Below, in pieces: positions 56,325-64,000 of a DNA stretch of 64,000 bases. Both the position numbers and the translations under genes were made by a program. Positions within the stretch are counted from its first letter, which is position 1, and every line of letters begins with the position of its first letter. The notes below the pieces were generated by a model that was not told the DNA's origin, made no database searches, and saw nothing but the letters and a program-made list of their open reading frames with translations. The stretch is from Oscillospiraceae bacterium (lineage in GTDB: Bacteria > Bacillota > Clostridia > Oscillospirales > Oscillospiraceae), in assembly GCA_022792495.1 (NCBI GenBank), contig JAAWBD010000093.1, positions 1,155-65,154 of the forward strand, written 5' to 3'.

Positions 56325-57413
56325 ATGTCCTTTACCCTGCCCCCATACCACGCCCCCGACTTCACCCAGCCCCACCTCCTCTCCGCCCCCGACGCCCTCT
56401 TCTCCCCCGCCCCCCGGGACGGGGTGGCCCCTCCGGGCTACCACGCCACCTCCATCTTCCCCGAGTACTTTAAGGTCAAGGGCCGCTGGCTTCTGGCCTC
56501 CGACAGCCGCATGGACTGCGTGGCAGTCCTCCGGGAGGGGGAGATCGCCGTGGTGGAGTTCCGCAACCTCAGGTCCGGGGATCTGGTGGCCCTGGGCCGC
56601 AGGGAGGACGGCTCCGAGGGGATCTATCTCCACCCCCACGGCTTCTCCGCCCCGGACCAGCGGGAGGAGGCCTTCGCCTTCCGTCAGGGCCGCAGCCGGG
56701 AAACCGCCTACTCCAAGGACTATGATTCCATCTACCAGCTCCTTCGCCACGAGAGGGATCACGGCCATATCCTCTGGGTCATGGGCCCCGCCTGCGCCTT
56801 CGACGCCGACTCCCGCGCCGCCTTCGCCGCCCTGATCCGCTCCGGCTATGTCCACGGCCTCCTGGCCGGCAACGCCCTGGCCACCCACGATCTGGAGGCG
56901 GGCTACCTCCACACCGCCCTGGGCCAGGACATCTATACCCAGGAGAGCCGCCCCAACGGTCACTACCACCACCTGGACACCCTCAACGCCGTTCGCGCCG
57001 CCGGCTCCACCGCCGCCTTTCTCGCCAGCGGAGCGGTGAAGGATGGTATTCTTTACGAGTGCGTCAAGCACCAGATCCCCTACGTTCTGGTGGGCTCCAT
57101 CCGGGACGACGGCCCCCTTCCCGAGGTTTACCCCGACGTCTACGCCGGCCAAAACGCCATGCGCGCCGAGGTGCGGAAGGCCACCACCGTGATCTGCATG
57201 GCCTCCGCCCTCCACACCATCGCCACAGGGAACATGACCCCCTCCTACCGGGTGGTGGATGGGGCGGTTCGCCCCCTCTACTTCTACTCCGTGGACGTCT
57301 CCGAGTTCGCCGTAAACAAGCTTCGCGACCGGGGCAGCCTGGCGGTACGCACCATCGTCACCAACGTCCAGGACTTCATCGTCAACATCAGCCGGGGCGT
57401 GGCCGCCCAATGA
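56325..57413 (+). CDS. LOR/SDH-region protein (ArgZ/AgrE C-terminal ornithine cyclodeaminase-like)
   Basis: YHATS, GNALATHDLE, GSIRDDGPLP, LHTIATGNMTP, KLRDRGS. Confidence 0.8.
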   Translation: MSFTLPPYHAPDFTQPHLLSAPDALFSPAPRDGVAPPGYHATSIFPEYFKVKGRWLLASDSRMDCVAVLREGEIAVVEFRNLRSGDLVALGRREDGSEGIYLHPHGFSAPDQREEAFAFRQGRSRETAYSKDYDSIYQLLRHERDHGHILWVMGPACAFDADSRAAFAALIRSGYVHGLLAGNALATHDLEAGYLHTALGQDIYTQESRPNGHYHHLDTLNAVRAAGSTAAFLASGAVKDGILYECVKHQIPYVLVGSIRDDGPLPEVYPDVYAGQNAMRAEVRKATTVICMASALHTIATGNMTPSYRVVDGAVRPLYFYSVDVSEFAVNKLRDRGSLAVRTIVTNVQDFIVNISRGVAAQ

Positions 57414-57478
57414 CCTCCCCGCTCCCAAGCCCGGCCCTCCGCCGGACAGGGGACATCCCACCCTATAAGCTCCAAGAA

Positions 57479-57506
57479 GAGGCCGCCTTTTGAAAAGGCG
57501 GCCTCT
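57479..57506. terminator. Terminator between convergent genes
   Basis: gaggccgccttt-tga-aaaggcggcctc. Confidence 0.65.
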
Positions 57507-57550
57507 CGATTTCTTCTTCTCCGGCAGGGGCAGTCCAAGCCCCATCCCCC

Positions 57551-58288
57551 TCAGCTCTTCCCTTTTCCTTTCCCCTGCACCTCCGAGGGCGTCACCCCCG
57601 CCACCCGCTTAAAGGTGGCGCTGAAATAGGTGATATCCCGGTACCCCACCAGCTCCGCCACCTCATAGACCTTGCTCCGGCAGTCCTTCAGCAGCTCTCT
57701 GGCCCGCCCGATCCGGTACTCGGTGATGTAGCTTCCCAGGGTCCTCCCCGTCTCCCTTTTGAACACGTGGCTCAGGTGCCCCTCGCTCAGCCCCAGGGAC
57801 TCCGCCACCTGGGCGATGGACATGTCCGGCTCGGCATAGTGCTCCGAGACATAGCGCATGGCCTCCATTACATACCGGCTCTTGGCCCCCGCCGGGGCCT
57901 CCCCGGTCTCTCCGGCCCCCTCCGGGCCCGCCAGGCGCCTTACCGCCTCCTCCAGCTCTCCGTCGTGGAAGGGCTTTAGAAGGTAATCCACCGCCCCCAG
58001 CTTCACCGCCGCCTGGGCGTAGGAAAAGTCGGAGTAGGCTGTCAGCAGGATCACCGCCGCCGGGTTCCCCTCGGCCCGCAGCTGCCTCAGCAGCTCAATG
58101 CCGTCCATCCGGGGCATCTTGATGTCGGTGACCACCAGCTCCGGCTTCTCCCGGCGGATCACCTCCAGCCCCTCCGCCCCGTCGGCGGCCTCCCCCACCA
58201 CGGCGCAGTCCACGCTCTGCCAGTCCACCGTCATTACGATCCCCCGGCGGACCAGCTCCTCGTCCTCCACGATCACTACCCGCTTCAC
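57551..58288 (-). CDS. AraC-type (YesN-like) response regulator
   Basis: VEDE, TDIKMP, DYLLKP, C-terminal AraC HTH. Confidence 0.95.
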   Translation of the reverse strand: MKRVVIVEDEELVRRGIVMTVDWQSVDCAVVGEAADGAEGLEVIRREKPELVVTDIKMPRMDGIELLRQLRAEGNPAAVILLTAYSDFSYAQAAVKLGAVDYLLKPFHDGELEEAVRRLAGPEGAGETGEAPAGAKSRYVMEAMRYVSEHYAEPDMSIAQVAESLGLSEGHLSHVFKRETGRTLGSYITEYRIGRARELLKDCRSKVYEVAELVGYRDITYFSATFKRVAGVTPSEVQGKGKGKS

Positions 58289-60003
58289 AGCCCTTCCTCC
58301 TCTCTCCTTCGGATGGGCAGGCACACCCGGATGCAGGTCCCCTTCCCCCCCTCCGGGGGGAGGAACCGCAGCCCGCTGTCCGGCCCGTAGTGGAGCCGCA
58401 GGATGGCGTCCACATTGTACAGCCCATAGTGCCGGCCCGACTCCGGCTCCCGCCGGGCCAGGAACCGCTCCATGCTCTCCCGGGACATGCCGCAGCCGTC
58501 GTCCTCCACTGTCAGCTCCAGCTCCCCGCCCCTCTGCCGGGCGGACAGCCGGATATACCCGTGGCTGCCGTCCTCAAAGCCGTGGATGATGGCGTTCTCC
58601 ACCAGGGGCTGAAGCATCAGCTTGGGAACCAAGGCGTCCAACAGCTCCCCCTCCACCCGGGTCTCATATTCAAACTTTCCCGGGAACCGGAGCCTCTGGA
58701 TCTCCACATACCGCTCCAGCAGCCCCAGCTCCTCCCCCAGGGTGTCAAACTCCCCGGCAGAGATACTCTGCCGCAGGATATCCGCCAGATCCGCCGCGAT
58801 CACCGACACCTCGGGGGCCTGGTGGATCTTCCCCAGCCACTTCAGGGTGTCCAGAGTATTGTATAGAAAATGGGGGTTCAGCTGGGCCTGCATCATTCGG
58901 ATCTGGGCTTCCCCCAACTCCTGCTGCTGGCGGATGGACTCCTCCAGATTCTCCTTCAGCCGCTGGCTCATCCGGTTGAACCGGCCTGAAAGCTGCCCGA
59001 TCTCATCGGTTCCGTGAACCTCCACCCGGACGCCCAGCTCCCCCCCCTCCACCGCCGCCATGGCGTTGTTCAGGGAGCGGATGGGCCGGAACAGCTGCCG
59101 GCTGAAGCTCACCGAGGCCCGCAGGCACACCAGCACGCACAGCAGCAGGGATACCCCCACCGCCAGGTAAAACAGCCGTAGCACCCAGTCCGCCAGAGGC
59201 TGGGGCTGGCGCAGGGCCAACCAGAAGCCGCTGCCCTCCTCCTCCAGAACGTGGTAGGTATATCCCTCTCCCGCCTGGGCCAGCGGGATCCCGTCCAGCA
59301 ACCGCCCCCGGAGCCGGGCGGCAAGCCCCTCGTCCTGAAGGGTGGGAGAGGCGTAGACCTCATTCCACCGGGGATTCAGCACCAGCACATCGCTGCCCGC
59401 CGGGTACTTCCCCTCAAACAGCCGCTCCAACTGCTCCTGGCCCACCTGGGCCACGGCGTAGCCCGCCACCTGATCCCCCCGGGTGATCACCCGGGCCAGC
59501 CGCAGGCCGCCGCCGGCCACCCCGTCGTAAGGAGATATGTCCCGGCATACCACATCCCCCTCCTCCCGCGCGGCGAAGAGCAGTCCCCAGTTCACCTCCA
59601 GCCGCTCCACCCCGCCGCTTCCGGTGGTGTAGAGCAGCTCCCCCTCCCTGTCGTACAGGGAGAAATCCGCGTCCCGGAGCAGGGGGGCCGCCGTGTCGTA
59701 AAGGGCATTGTAGATCCGGGTATCCCGCCCCGCCCGGTTTTCCAGCGCCGCCCCCACCGACCGGTTCCCCCCCAGGGTCTCCAGCACCTGGCCGCAGGCC
59801 TCCAGCCGCTCTCCCAGCCCGGCGGTCATGGCTTTCAGCTGGCTCTCGGCGTTGGCCTCAGAGCTGCTTTGGAGGGAGAAGCGGAACACGTTCAATATCA
59901 GCAGGACACACACCAGCAGGGGCAGCACCCCCACCATCAAAAAGGCGGACATCAGCTTCTTCTGAAAGGAGGAGCGGATGGGTGAACGGACGGTCCTTCT
60001 CAT
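58285..60003 (-). CDS. YesM-like sensor histidine kinase
   Basis: HAMP, QAQLNPHFLYNTL, QPLVENAIIHG, EDDGCG. Confidence 0.95.
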   Translation of the reverse strand: MRRTVRSPIRSSFQKKLMSAFLMVGVLPLLVCVLLILNVFRFSLQSSSEANAESQLKAMTAGLGERLEACGQVLETLGGNRSVGAALENRAGRDTRIYNALYDTAAPLLRDADFSLYDREGELLYTTGSGGVERLEVNWGLLFAAREEGDVVCRDISPYDGVAGGGLRLARVITRGDQVAGYAVAQVGQEQLERLFEGKYPAGSDVLVLNPRWNEVYASPTLQDEGLAARLRGRLLDGIPLAQAGEGYTYHVLEEEGSGFWLALRQPQPLADWVLRLFYLAVGVSLLLCVLVCLRASVSFSRQLFRPIRSLNNAMAAVEGGELGVRVEVHGTDEIGQLSGRFNRMSQRLKENLEESIRQQQELGEAQIRMMQAQLNPHFLYNTLDTLKWLGKIHQAPEVSVIAADLADILRQSISAGEFDTLGEELGLLERYVEIQRLRFPGKFEYETRVEGELLDALVPKLMLQPLVENAIIHGFEDGSHGYIRLSARQRGGELELTVEDDGCGMSRESMERFLARREPESGRHYGLYNVDAILRLHYGPDSGLRFLPPEGGKGTCIRVCLPIRRREEEGL

Positions 60004-61016
60004 GATACCCCTCCCTTCCCCGCCTCCCAGCGCGCCAGGAACTCCTCCTTGATCCCCGAGGCCCAGGCCACATCATAGTCGATGATCCCGATCTCCTCCT
60101 CCCCGGGCAGCTCCTCCCGGTCATGGACGTCGGAGCGCACCGACCGCCGGGCAAAGTCACTGACCACCAGGGCCTGGACGTCCTGGCTCTGGACAAAATC
60201 CAAAAATTCCACCGCGTTGTCCCGGTGCCGGGCCCCCGCCACCAGGGCGGTGCCGTCGGGCAGGGCGCTGGTACCCTCCCGGGGGTACACCAGGGCGATA
60301 TTGGCCCCCTGACCCAGCCGCTTCAGGGCAGTCTCCTCCAGGGTGATCCCCACCCAGCAGGAGCCCACATCCACCGCCGTCACCACATCCCCGGAGTCCT
60401 CCAGGATGTTTCCGTCCAAATTCTCCTCAAACCGGGCCAGATTTTCCCAGATATCCCCCTCCAGACAGGAGAGCATGGTGATGGCCGCCGTGTAGCTGGA
60501 GCCGGACACAGCGGGATCGGCAAAGGCGATCTTCCCCCTCCACCGCTCCTCCAAAAGGCCGGCCCAGCTCACCATCTCCCCCTGGGAAACCAGTCGGGTA
60601 TTGTAGATCAAAACCACCGGCAGGGAGGAGAAGGGGGTCCACCGATCCCCCGACTGCCGCAGGCCGGGCTTCAGCAGCTCGGATCCCGGCCCGGCATAGG
60701 GCTCAAAGCAGTCCTCGTAGAGCTGCAGGCTCTCCACCCCGCCGCCGAACATCACATCGCACCCGGGCTCGTCCGCCTCCGCCGCGATCCGCTCCAGCAG
60801 CTCGTTGGAGCCCCCGGTTACCACCTCCACCCACAGCCCCGTCCGATCCTCAAATTCCTTGATAATAGGGCCGTAGACCTCCTCCTTATGGGAGGTATAT
60901 ACCACCAGGCGCTCCTCCTCACCGGGAACCATACCGGTGAGGTCGGGCCCTGCCTCCTGGCAGGAGGCGAGAAAAAACAGGCAGGCAAAAACGGCCAATA
61001 TCCCTCTCTTTTTCAC
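60000..61016 (-). CDS. Extracellular solute-binding lipoprotein (Fe3+/phosphonate-type family)
   Basis: Lipobox LASC, LVVYTS, DVMFGG, ADPAVSGS, YPREG. Confidence 0.88.
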   Translation of the reverse strand: MKKRGILAVFACLFFLASCQEAGPDLTGMVPGEEERLVVYTSHKEEVYGPIIKEFEDRTGLWVEVVTGGSNELLERIAAEADEPGCDVMFGGGVESLQLYEDCFEPYAGPGSELLKPGLRQSGDRWTPFSSLPVVLIYNTRLVSQGEMVSWAGLLEERWRGKIAFADPAVSGSSYTAAITMLSCLEGDIWENLARFEENLDGNILEDSGDVVTAVDVGSCWVGITLEETALKRLGQGANIALVYPREGTSALPDGTALVAGARHRDNAVEFLDFVQSQDVQALVVSDFARRSVRSDVHDREELPGEEEIGIIDYDVAWASGIKEEFLARWEAGKGGVS

Positions 61017-61047
61017 TCTCTCCCCTCCTTTTTTGGTTACAAAACGG

Positions 61048-61860
61048 TTACAAACTTGTTTCCACCGGTTCCTTTTTCAGATCTCGCAAAAAATCCTCCA
61101 GCACCGCCGGAACATCCCCGCACTGCCGGGAAAACCGCCGCCGCAGCTCCGCCGGGGCGGAATCCATCAGCCAGGGCTGCCCCGCCGCGGCCAGCATGGG
61201 AAGGTCATTCCAGTTATCCCCAAAGGCGGCTACCTCCTCCAGCCCAATGCCCAGAGCCTTGCACAGCCCCCGCAGGCCCGTGCCTTTGTCTGCCAGGGTG
61301 AAGTCCACCCAGTCGGGGCCGGCGGCGGCCATGCCCAGGTGTCCCCATTGGGGCCCAAGGATCTCCTGGGGCTCCGCCGTCCCCTTGGGGCAGTAGACCG
61401 AGACCTTCAGGATCTCCTCCGGCATCTCCTCCGGAGACTTTAAGACCTCCACCCGGTTACCCTTGCTTTGGGCCAGAAAATCCAGGTACTCTTGGGGAGG
61501 GGCGCAGAGGTAGCTGGTGTTGGCCCCGGAGAGGAGCAGCTGACAGCCAGGAAGGGCCTGGATGGCCCGGGACAGCTCCACCGCCTCCCGGCGGGGCATG
61601 GGAGTCTTGGCCAGGATAGGGGCGGTATCCTCAGCCCCTGGGCCGTAGAGGATGGCCCCGTTCTCCGCCAGGAAGCACAGCTGGTCAGCCACCGGGGCGA
61701 AGAGCCCCCGCAGGGAGTGGTACTGCCGGCCCGAGGCGGGACAGAACAGGATCCCCGCCCGATCCAGACGGCGGATCAGGGGGAAAAGGCTTTCGGAAAG
61801 TTCATTCTCCCCGTAGGGAAGCAGGGTACCATCGATATCGGAGGCGATGAGCTTGATCAT
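61048..61860 (-). CDS. Cof-type HAD hydrolase
   Basis: DIDGTL, ASGR, DKG, GDNWND. Confidence 0.93.
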   Translation of the reverse strand: MIKLIASDIDGTLLPYGENELSESLFPLIRRLDRAGILFCPASGRQYHSLRGLFAPVADQLCFLAENGAILYGPGAEDTAPILAKTPMPRREAVELSRAIQALPGCQLLLSGANTSYLCAPPQEYLDFLAQSKGNRVEVLKSPEEMPEEILKVSVYCPKGTAEPQEILGPQWGHLGMAAAGPDWVDFTLADKGTGLRGLCKALGIGLEEVAAFGDNWNDLPMLAAAGQPWLMDSAPAELRRRFSRQCGDVPAVLEDFLRDLKKEPVETSL

Positions 61861-62024
61861 AGGTGGGCTCCTTTTTCTCCCCAGGCTGCCGAAGCTTGCC
61901 GGAAAGGGTTTATTTTCCTTTACTATACCATAAATTGCCCCCGAAAGTCCACCTGGACTTTCGGGGGCGGAGGACGGAGGGGGCGCAGGGGTTCAAAGGA
62001 TCGTATCCCCCTCCTCCCTCCTGT

Positions 62025-62351
62025 CTATGGCAAATTGTGGTCTCCCCACTGTTTCATGTAATCGATCACATCAATGAAGCTTTTCCCTAAATCGGACAGA
62101 GTGTAGGTCACCCGCGGCGGGATCTCCTTAAAGTCATGGCGGATCAAAAAGCCATCGGCCTCCAGCTCCCGGAGCTGCTTTGTGAGGGAGGATTCCGTGA
62201 TCTCTCCCAGCTGGCGGCGAAGCTCTCCAAACCGGTGAATGTCATAGAAGGCGATATAGTAAAGAATCTCCAGCTTCCATTTGCCCCCCAGGATCCTTTG
62301 GAGGGTGGACATGGTTTTGCAGCGTTGGACCGCCGCCTCTGTTTTTCTCAT
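62025..62351 (-). CDS. HxlR-family winged-helix regulator
   Basis: LGGKWK, RFGEL, LTKQLRELE, PPRVTYTLS. Confidence 0.93.
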   Translation of the reverse strand: MRKTEAAVQRCKTMSTLQRILGGKWKLEILYYIAFYDIHRFGELRRQLGEITESSLTKQLRELEADGFLIRHDFKEIPPRVTYTLSDLGKSFIDVIDYMKQWGDHNLP

Positions 62352-62477
62352 GCTTCATGACCTCCTGAGGGCATTATATCAGACCCACGTCAAAAAACAA
62401 GGTACTGCAAAAAAGTACAGTACTTTTATTTTCCATGTGCCATGCTATAATGGCAAAAAAAGCAAGGAGGTTTTCCC

Positions 62478-63413
62478 ATGCACTACACCGGAACCATATG
62501 GAGGCCGCCCTATGAGGCTTCCTCGCTGCTGCTGGAGGTAACGGCGGGCTGCACCCACCACAAATGTAAATTCTGTACCCTCTACCACGACCTGCCCTTC
62601 CAATTCAGAATGTCCCCCCTGGAGGATGTGGAGAGCGACCTGCGGGAGGCCCAGCTTTGGAGCACAGACCCCATGGCCATGCTGTCGGCCCGCTTGCAGG
62701 GGCTGCCCAGGCCGGAGCGTATCCAGAGGGTCTTTTTGACCGGGGCAAACCCTTTTGTATTGAAATATGAGCGGCTTATGGAGATCGCCCACCTGATCCG
62801 GGAATATATCCCCTCGGTCAAAACCATTGGCTGCTTTGCAAGGATCACGGATATTACATTGAAATCAGAGGAGGAATTGGCCTCCCTCCACCGGGCCGGA
62901 TATGACGGGCTGACCATCGGAATAGAAACCGGCGATGAGGAGGCCCTGCGATTCATGAACAAGGGCTATACCGCCGCTGATATCGTGACCCAATGCCGGC
63001 GGTTGGACCGGGCCGGGATCCACTATAGCTTCTTCTATCTGGCCGGGGTCTCCGGCGCAGGCCGGGGCGAGGCGGGGGCACGGGCCACCGCCGGGATCTG
63101 CAACCAGCTTCACCCAACCCTCATAGGCGTCAATATGCTGACCATTTACCCGGATTCTGAGCTTTATCAGGAGATCTGGCGCGGCAGCTGGCAGGAGGAA
63201 GGGGAGATGGAAAAATACAGGGAGATCCGCACCCTGCTTGAAAACCTGGAGATCCCCACTGAATTTGCCGCATTGGGGGCTTCCAACGCGATCCAGCTTC
63301 AAGGGAAGCTGCCGGAGGACAGGGAGGCTCTGTCCACAGCCCTTGACAAGATCATCGAAAGCGGAAAGGAGGATGACCTGCGGGAGTACCGGGTCAATCT
63401 GAGGCACCTATGA
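62478..63413 (+). CDS. Radical SAM protein of unknown function
   Basis: IWRPPYEA, GCTHHKCKFC motif, IGIETG. Confidence 0.92.
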   Translation: MHYTGTIWRPPYEASSLLLEVTAGCTHHKCKFCTLYHDLPFQFRMSPLEDVESDLREAQLWSTDPMAMLSARLQGLPRPERIQRVFLTGANPFVLKYERLMEIAHLIREYIPSVKTIGCFARITDITLKSEEELASLHRAGYDGLTIGIETGDEEALRFMNKGYTAADIVTQCRRLDRAGIHYSFFYLAGVSGAGRGEAGARATAGICNQLHPTLIGVNMLTIYPDSELYQEIWRGSWQEEGEMEKYREIRTLLENLEIPTEFAALGASNAIQLQGKLPEDREALSTALDKIIESGKEDDLREYRVNLRHL

Positions 63414-63544
63414 CCGCGTTTGGAAAAACAAAATACCGCGCCACAGCAAAAGAAAAAAAACCGCCGCGCCCCACAAAGGACAAGGGCCGGGCGGTCAGGA
63501 AGGCCTCCCCTGCCAAGGGATCAGGGGAATCGGCGAATATGGGG

Positions 63545-63576
63545 AAGGGCGGGCCGCTTTGGCGGCCCGCCCTTTT
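63545..63576. terminator. Terminator between convergent genes
   Basis: aagggcgggccgc-tttg-gcggcccgccctttt. Confidence 0.75.
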
Positions 63577-63586
63577 GCGCTATGCT

Positions 63587-64000
63587 TTACTGAAGCTTCA
63601 GGGAGCCCTGGGTGATAAGGCGGCCGTTTTTGCGGCTGAAGAGAACCAGCTCCCCCCCCTTGAAGTCCAGCTTGATCTTCTGGCCGATGCGGTAAAGAAC
63701 GCCGCCGAATACCACGCCGGTGAGAAGGTAATCCCCCACCCTGACCTTCACCGTGGTCTCCATGCCCGTGGGCATGGCGGAGTAGATCTCCCCCTCCAGA
63801 GCCCCCTGCTCCGAGAGCTCCAGAAACTCGGGACGGACGCCCACCACGAAATCCTCGTCGGTGAGCTCCACCTCGTCGCCAAAGTCCTCCTCCTCGTCCA
63901 CCTTGGCAATGTGGTGGCGGAAGAGAACGTCCTTGTTCCCCTTCTCCACGTGGCCCTTACTCTTGGCCTTCTCCGCCTCGGCGGCCCTTACGGCCTCCGC
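63587..64000 (-). CDS. ABC transporter ATP-binding protein, C-terminal TOBE part (partial; continues past the window)
   Basis: VGVRPEFL, SAMPTGMETTV; the frame stays open to the window edge. Confidence 0.8.
   Translation of the reverse strand, partial: AEAVRAAEAEKAKSKGHVEKGNKDVLFRHHIAKVDEEEDFGDEVELTDEDFVVGVRPEFLELSEQGALEGEIYSAMPTGMETTVKVRVGDYLLTGVVFGGVLYRIGQKIKLDFKGGELVLFSRKNGRLITQGSLKLQ

Noticed and set aside
1-64000. Prophage, integrase, transposase, rRNA or tRNA genes
   Set aside because: No such motifs were recognised in any ORF or intergenic region.

Overview
A GC-rich chromosomal segment (roughly 60-65% GC by eye). Gene content and order (DUF1385-prmC-recA-recX-rimO-pgsA, T-box-controlled cysS, sigmaA-type promoters, AGGAGG RBSs) point to a spore-forming Bacillota/Clostridia organism, probably Oscillospiraceae (inference). 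About 65 CDSs are present: housekeeping genes (cdd, cysS, pgsA, rimO, recX, recA, prmC, ldh, udp), two two-component systems, an Asc-family PTS locus, an ArsR/SmtB heavy-metal efflux operon, a Zn/Mn ABC importer, cell-wall genes and several gene remnants. I saw no rRNA, tRNA, CRISPR array, integrase or transposase. The most notable items are: (1) a GntR-associated catabolic operon combining a BMP/CUT2 nucleoside-type ABC importer, an atypical PfkB kinase (GCGN in place of GAGD) and a tandem (SIS deglycase-like + YjbQ)x2 module in which one YjbQ has lost its conserved histidines; (2) a pair of convergent sigmaA promoters predicting a cloverleaf antisense RNA that overlaps an attenuator-like leader upstream of a small membrane protein; (3) a full-length membrane pyrophosphatase homologue that has lost nearly all catalytic acidic residues; (4) a Cys T-box that drives an unrelated surface protein ahead of cysS; (5) a REP/MITE-like hairpin element next to an XRE switch; (6) deletion scars of a citrate/malate-type locus. 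All calls come from motif recognition by eye; no database searches were run.
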